This document shows, in pieces, positions 51,075 through 64,000 of a stretch of DNA of 64,000 nucleotides; the stretch's first letter is position 1; each line of letters starts with the position of its first letter. The notes beneath the pieces are model-generated. The model worked only from the letters and a program-made list of their open reading frames with translations. It was not told the origin of the DNA and made no database searches. Both the position numbers and the translations under genes were made by a program. The DNA comes from Octopus vulgaris (Eukaryota): contig OX597821.1 in NCBI GenBank assembly GCA_951406725.2, forward strand, positions 23,932,001 to 23,996,000, written 5' to 3'.

Positions 51075-52849
51075 TCTATACATACACGCATGCACACATG
51101 TTTGCACATCTGGGTGTATCTGTTTGTATAATCTGTTTCTGTATTCTTTTCTGAATTTATAGAACCCAGTCAGTAAACTACAGCCATGTATATAATCTAA
51201 TCTATATTTATAAATGTATTTATATGCATACAAATACTAATACACATGATGGGGGAGGGTGGAACAAGCAGCAGGCAAATTCACACACACACACACACAA
51301 ACACATACACAAACACACACACACGCACACACACTCTAGAAAGATGGGTAAAACAAGCAGGCAGACAATTTTTACTGAACTACCATATAATATATATACT
51401 GAACTAGCATCATGTACATAGACATATAATATATATATATATATATAGTGTGGGTGTGTTTGTGTGTGTATGTATAAAAACGAATATATGTAGTCAGCGC
51501 TATATGTATCTAAAATAACATCACCCCTCTCTGTATATGGTTCCACCGACCTAATTATTAAAACACAACACCAACAACAGTGAAGTCTGCAAATGAAATG
51601 GCATTGGTTAAAACATATGTGATTGCCGACAGTGACGACACTTATAATACCATTTGTTGCCAGCCAATGACATTGCCTCGTTAGGGACAGTAACGATTAA
51701 TGGCAATAAATACTTTATAATTGTTGCTTCTCTTAAGGTTATGGAGTTAAAATTATGGTAATGCACTGCAAAAAGAATGTCGACAGTAAAATAGTTCTTT
51801 AATCTGTCTCTGTGAAGTCTCTTCATCTCTTGCCTTTATTATTACTAAAGCAGTAAGCTAGCAGAATTGTTAGCACGTCAGATAAAATGTTTCGTGGCAT
51901 TTCGTCTCTCTTTACTGTCTGTGTTCAAATTCTGCTGAGGTTGACTACTACCTTTCATCGTTTCAGGGTCAATGAATTCTAGTTGAGCACTGGGGTTCAT
52001 GTAATTGATTATGCCCTCTCCCCAAAATTTCAGGCCTTGTACCTATAATAAAAACGATTATTATTAACTATCATTATTGTTATTAACTATTACTGTGATG
52101 AGCTGAAGTAAGAGAATAAAGGAATTTCTATCAGTTCTTTACATTCTGAGTTCAAATCCTGCCTTCATCTTTCACCGTGTTGGATGGTTAATAAAATAAA
52201 TACTGAACACTGGAGTCAATGTAATCAATAAGAGCCCATGCCCAAATTTCAGGCCTTGGCATATAGTTCAAAAGAATTATTATTACTAAAGTGGTAATCT
52301 GGTGGAATCATTATATCTTTGAACAAAATACTTAGCAGCATTTCTTCATGCTTTTTTTTTTCATTCTGAGTTCAAATCTTACTGAGGTTAACTTTGCCTT
52401 TCATCCTTTCTGGGTTGATGGAATAAAGAAAGTACCCCTCTCATTAAAACTGCTTGTGCCATTATTTAAAACCAAATACTGTGAGGAGGAAAAATCATTA
52501 GTGCATCGGACAAAATGGAATTTTTTCCTACTCTTTATGTTCTGAGTTCAAATCCTGCCAAAGCTGACTTTGCCCTTCATCCTTTTGGAGTCAATAAAAT
52601 AAAGAACCAATCAGTTCTTGAGTATTTAGTTATGGCTTTTTACACCCTGAGTGCAAATCCCCGCAAAGTCATCTTTATCCTTCATCATTTTGGGGTCAAT
52701 AAAATAAAGAACAAGTTAAGTACTAGGGTTAAATGTACTTGCTTAAACCCCTCTTACATAATTTACTGGCCTTGCACCTAGATAAGAAACAATTATCATT
52801 TCATATAATGAGGAAAATATTTTTATTATTAAGGTGACTAGATATATGC

Positions 52850-54200
52850 TGTGTACAAGAGGTCAGATGGAGGAGAGAGAGCCTCACATAGACTCCCACA
52901 GTGGCTAGGAACAAAAGTACAAACTATCTAAAGTAAGTATCAGCACTGGAGTTGGTGGAGGAAGCATATTGTTGGGTAAAGGGCAAAGAAATGGATAGAT
53001 GAAATAAGTGAGGCAGCCAGTGTAAAATATCTATGACAGAAGAATTAAGCTTGGACTAGTCATAGACAGCTCAACAGCAACAGCAGTGTCTGCATATTCA
53101 CCAAAATCAAGACTGACAAGTGAGTGTAAGGACTATATTTATGTGGTTCTCTTGCAGACTATGTCAATAATAAATGACAATGACTTTGTTACCACATGTG
53201 GCCATGCTGTACAATACCACGACAATTATTCTGATGTATATGGTACAAAGAATGAAGAGGGACCTAAGGTCTGTGATGCAATGACCTAATCAATTGCAAC
53301 ACCTAGCTTCAAGATTTGCTAGCGTCTGGTAAACATGCAAACCTGATAAACTTTAAACTCACTAGCAAATCTCACAGATAGGTGGTTGTGAAGCCTAAGT
53401 CATTCGCCAGTGAAGAAGGTATTTCTCAGCATAGACTATATATTGATCCATGATCTCAGGATAAGTGGGATATGGAATAAGAGACATGAGATAGTCTGGA
53501 GAAGGGAGGTATGGAAGCCAAAAGATCTTTTGGTCAGATGTACATTCAAAGAATTCTACTTGATACAAATGACATAAAGGAGGAGAAGATAGGGATTTAT
53601 AACAGAGAGAACAATTGGGATTTCCTAAGAGCAGCACATTAAATTATGGATGGAATAAAGTTCTAGCCAGACCGAAGGTGTCATAATGGTGCAGTAGATG
53701 TAGTCATAAAAGCAAAGATATTGGCTAAGAAAGCATGGAAAATTACCAGGTAGCTAGAAGAGATACCAAATACCAGATGCAGTTAGCATGGAGAGAAGCT
53801 GAAAGTCAGAGGTTTATCAATGTTCTGCAATGGAAAGATGAGGTTACAAATCAGTATATCAGAGAGACACAAAATGTTGATGGAGCAAAGAGTATGGAAT
53901 GGTAGTGGTACATTTGTCCTCATTGAAAGTGAGAACAGAGAAGTGTAGGTTGCAGAATGTGTAGAATATGTTGAAAAGAGAGGGACTACCTTTTACAAAT
54001 TCAACAGAGGGTCCATCTATGGGAAATGACATATATACAGGCAAAATCAACATGAAAGCAGGAAAAGAAACTAGATCACCATGGAAAGTTACAGAGATAT
54101 TTTGCAAAGTAGTACATGCAACTAGTTATTTATATGGCCAATCAGCTATTACAGAGATAAGACATAACAATGCCATCACCAACTGCTGCAAAAGCAAACA
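52850..54200 (+). mobile_element. Very degenerate RTE-like LINE (APE endonuclease region onward)
   Basis: Remnants VSAYSP, YGTKNEEG and IDYIL, with many stops. Confidence 0.5.
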
Positions 54201-54418
54201 AAATGCCTTTTTTTTTACTCTTTTACTTGTTTCAGTTATTTGACTGCGGCCATGCTGGAGCACCGCCTTTAGTCGAGCAAATCAACCCCGGGACTTATTC
54301 TTTGTAAGGCCAGTACTTATTCTATCGGTCTCTTTTGCCGAACCGCTAAGTTACGGGGATGTAAACACACCAGCATCGGTTGTCAAGCAATGCTAGGGGA
54401 ACAAATACAAACACACAA

Positions 54419-54457
<39 letters not shown>

Positions 54458-55062
54458 ACAGGCTTCTTTCAGTTTCCGTCTACCAAATCCACTCACAAGG
54501 CATTGGTCAGCCTGGGGCTATAGCAGAAGACACTTGCCCAAGATGCCACACAGTGGGACTGAACCCGGAACCATGTGGTTGGTTAGCAAGCTACTTACCA
54601 CACAGCCACTCCTGCGCCTTAGAAAGAAATAACTGCAGAGACATGAAATAGACAAACTTATGAAATAACAGAAACACTTAGAGTACAATTGATTAGAAGG
54701 AGAAATAGCCTGCACAAGATGCAGCACAAACAAGATACTTTACCAGTTAAATATTTGAATGTTTTGAGTTTAAATGCCAATATGGTCTCTTGTACTCCTT
54801 TGCCTGTTATTCATCAAGGGTTGATAAAATTGGTCACAGTTAAGTACTGGAGTTAATAATAAAACTGAGTGTTCCCTCCATAAATATACATGCACTACAA
54901 CAAAACACACACACAAATATGTTCTTACCTCTATAAGTACAAGCAACCCTCCCATAGGCATCTACTTGCATGCCACATATGATGGTCGGGTGAAACAAGC
55001 AAAGAAATTCACTGGGTTAGCATAACAGATACACCATGCTTTGTTTTTCCTGTGTCATTGTT

Positions 55063-55111
<49 letters not shown>

Positions 55112-55428
55112 GTATACTCACATATAAACACATACACATGCATATACATACAGACACACACTCACATGCACACACACACATATATACATACATATTTACA
55201 TAAATATACACATATATATACACACACATTCATTTATATATATATATATATATATATACTTTATTTAAAGCAGCAGAAAATTCAACAAAACCTGTTACTC
55301 TGCAACAGGAAACTCAGAGTAACAGGTTTTGTTGAATTTTCTGCTGCTTTAAATAAAGCATATTACTCTACCACTGGTATTTGAGTACTCTTTTTTCCAC
55401 CTTGTTTCACATTTATGTGTTTACTCCG

Positions 55429-55470
<42 letters not shown>

Positions 55471-56067
55471 AAGGGTAAAATTAATTAATTAATTAATAAT
55501 TAATAATTTTACCAAGTAGTTTGGTATGTTAAAAGGACCATTATTGGTAAACTTATACATAAAATTTTCAAATTATGAGTATAATTGTAATTAGGGTTCA
55601 GCAAAATATTACATCACCACATACTGAAATTTAGAAATAGCAGTTAAAACTAACGATTTCACTTTGAAGGAGACTAAATTAAAAAGGTGAGTTTTTTAAT
55701 ATTACTTGTTTTTTGGCAAAAGGTCGGATACTTTTTGACAACACACGGTATATATATATATATGCATATACACAGGATGCGGTGAATAAACTATTGTAGT
55801 GAAATAGTTAGTTTGAACTGCTATTTCTAGATTTCGGTATGTGGTGAAGCAAATTTTTGCTGAACCCTAATTATAATTATACTCATAATTATAAAATTTT
55901 ACAATGCAGGAGTGGCTGTGTGGTAAGTAGCTTGTTTACCAACCACATGGTTCCAGGTTCATTCCCACTGCATGGCACCTTGGGCAAGCACCTTCCACTA
56001 TAGCCTCGGGCCAACCAAAGCCTTGTGAGTGGATTTGGTAGACGGAAGCTGAAAGAAGCCCATCGTA

Positions 56068-56107
<40 letters not shown>

Positions 56108-56383
56108 TGTATGTGTATGTATGTATATGTTTGTGTGTCTGTGTTTGTCCCCTCAACATCGCTTGACAACCGATGCTGGTGTGTTTACATCCCTGTAACT
56201 TAGCAGTTCAGCGAAAGAGACCGATAGAATAAGTACTAGGCTTACGAAGAATAAGTCCTGGGGTTGATTTACTCGACTAAAGGTAGTGCTCCACCATGGC
56301 CGCAGTCAAATGATTGAAACAAGTAAAAAAAGGAAAAAGAGTATGATGATGATGATGATGATGATGATATATATAATCGCTCT

Positions 56384-56947
56384 TTGGAGATAATGCTATG
56401 GGAAAAACACCAGTTCAAAGATGGCTACACCTCAGTGGACAGTGAGCCCCATTGTGGCAGACCATCAACTAGCAGAAAAGATGAAATGATTGCAAAGGTT
56501 CGAGGAATAGTCTGTGAAGACTGTCATGTGACTATTGAGGAGATTGTTGCCAAAGTTGAAATCAGCCATGGATCAGTTCAGTCAGTTCATTCTACCCATA
56601 TTGTCCAAGCATTCTTCATCAAGCAAAACAAACCACTCGTTCATCAGGCTTCCTACTCCCCAGACTTGGCTCCATGTGACTTTTGGCTATTCCCAAATCT
56701 CAAAAACAAAACACTAAAAGGGAGAAGATTTGAGTCAACAGAGGACATTAAGCAAAATCTAAATGGCACAGCTCTACAGCATCCCAGAAAGTGATTTCCA
56801 GAAATGTTTCCAGCAGTGGCAGGAATGCCAGCAGAGGTGTGTAGACTCTCAGGGCGAATACTTTGAAGGAGACTAAATCAAAATACTGAGTTTTTTAATA
56901 TCACTTGTTTTTTGGCTAAAGGTCGGATACTTTTTGACAACACACAG
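56384..56947 (+). mobile_element. Internally deleted mariner remnant with right TIR
   Basis: GRPSTS...VTIEEI and YSPDLAPCDFWLFPNLK...KGRRFES. The end GGTCGGATACTTTTTGACAACAC is also present at 55665-55749. Confidence 0.85.
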
Positions 56948-57353
56948 TATATATATATATATATATATAGATCGCCATGTTGATTCGCTAGCTTCTGCAC
57001 ACATTTTTTTTCTCTCCCCGTTTCTCTCCGTGTTTCTTTTCTGTGTATCTTTCTGTTAAAGAGCGTAGGCTCGAAACGTAAAAGACTTGTTTTATTTATA
57101 TTCCTGAGCACCATACTAATACAATTGTTTGTTTGTATTCCACCTGCCTTCGTCTTTTGTTTATTTTCATAAAGCTTCCCGTTATATATATATATATATA
57201 TATTCTAGCAAAAACTGTCCGACGAACGGCAATGTGAAACTCAGAGTAACAGGTTTTGTTGAATTTTCTGCTGCTTTAAATAAAGTATATTACTCTACCA
57301 CTGGTATTTGAGTACTCTTTTTCCACCTTGTTTCACACTTATGTGTTTACTCC

Positions 57354-57400
<47 letters not shown>

Positions 57401-57866
57401 TAGAAGGTTTGGAGATGATGTACAAGTATTATATATTAGAAGAAATGAGGTACTCAGAAATTCGGATGGTTTTATATTTACAGATATTTATTAGTATGTT
57501 ACATGTTTTTATAAATCATATATCATATATTAGTGCTTTCGTCCATTCTAGTGGAGTTTTCAAATTGAACTATGTTCTTGGGGAAAATTTGACCATTTTT
57601 ATACTGTTGTTGAGTGTGTAGTGGTGGGAAGAAATATAAGATAGTACAAGAGACTGATGAACGGGGAGAAAGTGAGAGAGAGCATGTGTGTGTGCATGTG
57701 TGCATGTGTTTTTGTATCTGAAGGAGGTGTTAAAGAAAAAGAAGGAAAGGAAGAAAGAAGAAAAAAATTTTTTGTTGATCTCTTTGTAACTGGTCAGGCT
57801 GTTTACTCCAAGAGGGGCAAAATGTCACTTTTTAAAAAATTGTCTGGATTACTTTTTTATCAGTCT

Positions 57867-57938
<72 letters not shown>

Positions 57939-58027
57939 TGTGTGTGTGTGCATGTGTGTATGTGTTTAATACAATTTACTTTACAAATTTGGTCCTTCAT
58001 CTAGTACAACTTATTATAGAAATATTT

Positions 58028-59564
58028 TCAGCCATTCAATTTGGGGGAGAACTTAGTTATGAAATATTTTTCCATATTCCTCCTGAAGGAAGTGTCATTC
58101 TTTGGACATTTGTAGAAGGGAAAGATCTTAAATTTTCCTTCTCCACGTGTATCAAAGTGTTTACTCAGTGGTATCTTGCACAGTTCCGCCTGTCGGACAT
58201 GTTGTCGGTGAATTCTGGCTCATTGGCATAAAGAATTTCCAGTTTCACCTATATAATCCTCCTTGCATGTGGAGCAGGTTATGCAATATATTATGTTCTG
58301 CGTCTTGCAGTTCATATCTGCATTTACTTTGAATATGTGACCGCTCTTAAATTTCATTTGTTTGTCTTCCTCTATGTATTTGTAGGTGGGGTTACTGCAG
58401 ATCCCACATCTACCATCTCTGCACTCTTTTACAAGGAATTCAGTTTTAGTTTCTGATGAGAATTTCACTCTTGTTAGTTGTTTCTTCAGGTTTTTGTCTT
58501 GTCGTCTACTGTTTTTTATGCAATATTTGTTTAGTATGTTTTCTATTTTGGGACTTTGTAGGACTATTGGCAGGTTTGAATGTATCATTTTGGAACATGT
58601 TGGTAACTCCAGGGTTGTGCGTGTTTATGAAAGGGATAATGTTTTCTTTGTTTTTTGTTTTGGGTGTCCTGAGTTGTGTGATGTCCAGTTTCATTGCTCT
58701 TGAGATTCCATTTTTGTTCTAGTAGGAAGTTTTTAAGTTCATCTAGTCTTATTTGGCATGTTTGTGAGTCAGTTACTATGCTGCATATGCATCTTGCCAT
58801 ACTATATGGGATGTTTCTTTTTATGTGGGATGGGTGGCAGGAGTAGAAATTTAAATATTGGTGTGCGTCGTTTTTTTGTAGTGGATGTCTGTTGTGATGA
58901 TGGAGTTGTGTATCTTGATGTTGATGTCTAGGAAGGGAAGTTCGTTGTGGCTGGTATCTATTGTGAAGTTGATAAATGGGTGCAGTGTGTTGAGGATGTT
59001 GTGGAATGTTCGTAGGTCTTCTGATCTGTTCCAAAAGATGAAGCAGTCATTGAGGTAGTGTTTCCACTTTTTCTTGATGTCTTCTCTGAAGTCGTGTTCG
59101 AAGACTTTCCCTATTTCATTGTATAGTTTGTTCTCAAGGAAACCCATCACCAGGTTAGCATATGAAGGTGCGAATTTTGTACCCATAGCCGTGCCCTTTT
59201 CTGTCAGAATGTCTTGTTGAATGAGAATGTATTTTCTTCGAGTATTAATTGGGTGGCTTGGGTGATAAAGTCTGTCTTGAAACGTTCCTCTATAAGTTCT
59301 CTGTATTTTTCTACCGATTGTTTTATCGCTTCCAGACCTAGGGTGTGTGGTATGTTCGTGTATAAGTTTGTGACATCAAAGCTTGCAAGTATGGTGTTTT
59401 TCGGAACTGTATTTGGAATGTGTGTGAGGAAGTCTATGTCATCCCTTATGTAGCTAGGTATCTGTGGGCATAAAGGTTTGAGGAGTACATCTATGAAGTG
59501 GCTTAGTTGTTGTGTTGGTGCTTGGGGCCCTGCTACTATTGGTCTCATTGTGAGGTCTGCGGGC

Positions 59565-59566
<2 letters not shown>
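58028..59566 (-). mobile_element. Penelope-like element: reverse transcriptase + GIY-YIG endonuclease, 5'-truncated, frameshifted
   Basis: RPIVAG, SFDVTNLYTNIP, GTAMGTKFAPSYANL, YLNDCF, LPFLD, then NIIYCITCSTCKEDYIGETG, ending KYFITKFSPKLNG*. Confidence 0.92.
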
Positions 59567-59607
<41 letters not shown>

Positions 59608-59609
59608 CA

Positions 59610-60476
59610 CAGGATGCGGTGAATAAACTGTTGTCTAAATTATGCAAAGTTAAAAATAACACTGATATCTCGTTTTAATAGATATATTTACCAAAATTAC
59701 ATAAAAAATCTTGAAATACTAAAGAGTAAATTTATTCCATAAAATTGCCATTGGCTTCAGCGCCAACCTCCAGATGACTTTGGAATCTCCTGCATCTCTT
59801 CTGTATGGTCTCCTTGTTTAAGTTGATGAATGCTGCCATAATCCTTGCCGTCAGTTCATCTTTGGTGTTACAAGGTGTTTTCTTGGTTTCTCACTAAACT
59901 GTGCCCCACACATAATAATCAAGGGGGTTGCAGTCTGAGGAGTTAGATGGCTAGATGTTAGAGGTGATAAGGTCGCAGGAATTGTCTGACAGTTATGACT
60001 GGGTTCTCCTGCTTGTGTGGCACGGTGCAAAGTTCTGTTAGCAGACATGGGATCTTCCAGCAGCTACTACCTCCTCCAGGCACTTGAGGTAGGCTGCCAT
60101 GTTGAATCCGAGACGGTGTGGGAAGATGAATGGAGGTACAACATCACCATCACTAATGATCCCTCTAAACACCATGATGTTGACTGGATGTTTGAATTTT
60201 ATCACTCTCGGTACATGTCTTCAGATTGCACTGTTCTCAAATTGACACCCAAACACTCTGAAATGTTCGTATTAGAGCTTCCAAGGTGAATGCCAAGCAG
60301 GACAGCACATCGTTTCTAAATTTCCGGCAGAGTGAATTGCGTCATGGTGCTGTTTTTCTCACAGATGGTGCCCAACGGACCCTACTATACTGTGTAGTCA
60401 ACAAAATCAAAAACAAACAATGCACATACACGAAATTAAAAATATAAAATGGCAACAATTTACCTATTGCACTCTG
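59610..60476 (-). mobile_element. Degenerate, internally deleted Tc1/mariner (maT-like) element
   Basis: TIRs CAGGATGCGGTGAATAAACTGTTGTC / GGCAACAATTTACCTATTGCACTCTG in TA context. Minus strand has SDCNPLDYYVWG. Confidence 0.8.
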
Positions 60477-61032
60477 TATATACACATACACACACATATA
60501 TTTCTAATACGATGATCCAACAGCCTAAACCAGCTTGAAAGAGTGAACATAAAACGATGATGACAATGATACACATACACAGAGACACACAACAAATACA
60601 TATTTTTATGTGTGTGTGTATGTGACTGTGTAGGTGTGTGTCTGCAAGCATGACTATGTGTATGTGTTTGCTCAATATGTTTATGTATAAAGAATAATAT
60701 ATGCAACTTATCTAAATTACATCATGCTAAATATGGTTTCATTGACCCAATAATTAAAGCCATCGTAACAGTAGTGAATATATCTGCAAGTTTGCATATA
60801 AAACGACACCAGTTAAAACATATGCCAAGTCTGACAGTGATGACGCCTATGACATTTGTTGCCAACTAATGGCATTCCCTTAGAGCTGCAAATGTTTATT
60901 CACTTTAACTATCAGACTATGGAAAACTGAAGACCTTAATATATATATATATATAGGCTATATTCAGCCAATCTACTCATCACACTATTCATCTTATGAC
61001 TATGTGTGTGTATACATAGCTAGATATGCATA

Positions 61033-61063
<31 letters not shown>

Positions 61064-61132
61064 ATATGTATATATATATATACACACACATACTTATATG
61101 TATATATAAATATATTTATGTATGTATATATA

Positions 61133-61171
<39 letters not shown>

Positions 61172-62414
61172 GTTTCTCAAACAAAATGACACATGGAAAG
61201 TATCAAGATATATATGCTAAAATAAACATACATAATCTATATAGCTTCCTCCTGTGCATGGATCTATGCTGTTAATGGAGATGTGTACATAAAATTATAC
61301 ATACATGCCTTGTCTTCATAATATTATTTTATAGCTCCCTTCTGTATTTAAATATTGAAACTCAGTTTAGAAGTTAGTCCCTGTCACATGTATAGGTTTT
61401 ATGTACAAAGATGGTTATCATTATTATTATCATTGTCATCATCACCACAACTATCATCATTATCATTATTATTGTTATCAACATCACCACTATCACCAAC
61501 CTTACCATCATCATTATTATTACTGCAGCTTTCATAGGCTGGAGCTCGTATTTCTCATTTGGATTGATTTCTATAGCTAGACACCCTTCCAATTACCAAA
61601 TTGTGGGTATTTTCTCAAACTCTGTGTATTTTCTCATAGCACCAAGGCTGATAAATCCTCAGCAAGACAGGACTAAAGAAACCTCATAACACTGGGGTTT
61701 TTCAAAATTTTGATCGGTCTCAGTAGATTCTGGTGCTTTTAAAAACTATGCTACTGTTGGAATGTATAAAATCCAATATTACTGCTATGTTTTGGGAGGG
61801 TCATTTTGTCAATAAAATACACACACAAGTTGTAGTTTTTGTTTTTTTAAACTTTTCCCCCCATTCAGCCATATAATAATAAAATAGCAAACTACAACCA
61901 ATGCATGTGCTTTTATTAGCAGGATGACCCACTTAAAATATCTCATCATCTCCTACTCTCTGTCTCTGTTACTTTTACCATAATGCTGTTCCCTTTGTTA
62001 TTCTCTCTACTGCCACCTCTCACAATAAATCTATTCCAGTCATCATGGGAGCCCTTTTTCACTTTGCAAACTGCAATGTGACTCACAAAAGTTTGATTCC
62101 ACAAAAACCACCCAGTTCTCTCTGTAGAATAATTGATGTTAGGAAGAGTGTCCAAGAGTGTACAACACCACAACAATTATTCTGATGTGTATGGTACAAA
62201 GAATGAAGAGGGGTCTAAGGTCTGTGACCGTGGCAGGTCTTCCAACTCATTCAATGCTGTCATTATGAATAATGGTCATAATTTAAGTATAGTTACATTC
62301 TTTTGCTTGTTTCAGTCATTTGACTGCAGTCACAATGGAGCACTATCTTAATGGGTTTTAGTTGAAGAAATCGACCACTAAGTTACAGGGATGTAAACAC
62401 ACTAACATCAGTAA

Positions 62415-63620
62415 CAGAGGGACCAGTAATCTGAATCGACAGTAGCTTGGTAGATAAAGCAATTAAGGATAGGGAAAGAGGGAAAGCACACAGCCCTACA
62501 GGAATCACTGCTGGGATGCTTCGGATATCTGGTGGAGTGGCATATGGCCTAGTCACCCATATACTTAATCAAGTTGTCCAAAAGAGAGTCAGCCCCCTCC
62601 TATTTATCATAGTCCTCCAAGCCATAACAAAGGCTGCCCTTTGGAGCTTCTCTATGCTCCAAAGCATAGAGGAGCTCCAAAGGGCAGCCAATCTTAAATA
62701 ACTGAACCACTGCCTGAACTACAGAGGAAATTTCAGGTGTGGAAGCAAGGTCTGGAATCTAAGGGCCTAGAGTTAATTTAGTTAAGACTAAAGTCCTAGT
62801 AAGTAGGATAACAGACAAATCTCAGATCCCTTCAGGAAGCTGGCCCTGCTCATTATGTAGGAAAGGTGTTGGTAGAAACTCAATAGGGTGCACCCAGTGC
62901 AAGCTATGGACACATAAGAGGTGCAACGGTTTCACGAGAAGGTTAACAGACAAAGCAGTCTTTGTGTGTGGCAGATGTGGAGGTACATTAAACACGAGGA
63001 ATGTGCAGAAAATAAACTCCTTTAAATGTCTGGGAGGATCCTTAAAAGTAATAGATGGTTTCCATTACTTAGGTGACCAAGTTAGCAGTGGAGGAGGAAG
63101 TTCTGAGTGTGTAGTTGCAAGAATAAGAACAGGCTGGGCAAAGTTCAGAGAGCTGCTACCTTTATTTGTAACAAAGGGCTTCTCATAAGAGTGAAAGGAA
63201 ATTGTATGATACCTGTGTACATACAGCTATGTTATATGGCAGTAAAACATGGGCTATGACTACAGGGGGTATGTGAAAAGCTTGAAAGAAATGGAGCCAG
63301 CATGTTCTGCTGAAGATCAGTGTGCATGTACAACAGAGCGTAAATGGTTTAAGAGAAAAATTGGGCATAAGAGACACATCATTTGTAGTGTGCAAGAGAG
63401 AAGACTGCACTGGTATGGTCATGTGATGCGTATGGATGTAGGCAGCTGCATAAAGAAGTACCAATCTCAAATTGTGGAGGGAACTTGTGAAAGAGGTAGA
63501 TTCAAAAAGATGTGGTATGAAGTAGTGAGAAAGAATCTTCAGATGTTGGGCTTCAGAGAGATGACAAGGGACTGAGACTTCTGATAGTTTGCCATGCTTA
63601 AGAAGACACATCAAGCTAAA
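62415..63620 (+). mobile_element. RTE-clade LINE fragment with Cys-rich insertion in the RT region
   Basis: GKAHSPTGI, SPLLFIIVL, GLRVNLVKTK, WPCSLCRKGVGRNSIGCTQCKLWTHKRC, FHYLGD, RIRTGWAKFRELLP, RRLHWYGHVMRM. Confidence 0.85.
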
Positions 63621-64000
63621 ACTGTGGCTGTCCATACATACAGGTATGTCCTTTATGTACCTCTCTCAGCTGAGAGGCCCTCCCCTTGAGGGCTCATGGG
63701 TGTGGGTGTCACAAAGAAAGCACTTGTGCTGATACCACATAAAAGCATTCATGCCAATGCTACATAAAGGCAACCATGCCAGTGCCATGTAAAACCACTG
63801 GTATTGATACTACATAAAAGTGCCCACAGCAGATAAATAGGCAGATAGACAAACAGACACTGTTTCTGCAGGGGTGTAAGTCAGGATCTGAACCATCCTA
63901 GCTTGTTGGTTGACTGAAGATGCCTGGATTCAAAACACCTCTGTTGAAGAATTGTAGTTAATCCAAGAAGTGTATCCTGTACACAAACACACATATATAC

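Noticed and set aside
51845-52795. CRISPR-like repeat-spacer array
   Set aside because: Units are long degenerate SINE B copies; eukaryotic context and no cas genes.

Overview
This is AT-rich, microsatellite-dense eukaryotic DNA, not prokaryotic. The SINE repertoire points to an octopus or other coleoid cephalopod (inference). Most of the supplied ORF track is spurious translation of (TA)n/(CA)n/(CAT)n repeats and SINEs. The only clear host gene is a choline transporter-like protein 1 (SLC44A1/CTL1) on the minus strand: seven phase-consistent GT-AG coding exons (19156 down to 2552, 891 nt, 297 codons) that continue off the left edge. The rest is mostly mobile DNA: several tRNA-derived SINE families, CR1, RTE and R4/Dong LINE fragments, a Penelope-like element (RT + GIY-YIG), Tc1/mariner copies (DD34D, DD37D), piggyBac-type MITEs and non-autonomous Helitrons. 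Two things stand out. (1) About a dozen minimal type-I hammerhead-ribozyme-like motifs from several sequence families, mostly in (TA)n-flanked short elements, often as fold-back pairs and some with recurrent non-canonical cores. (2) A GGATC...GATCC, 8-bp-TSD DNA transposon family carrying telomere-like (TTAGGG) arrays. Everything was read by eye, so repeat boundaries are approximate.
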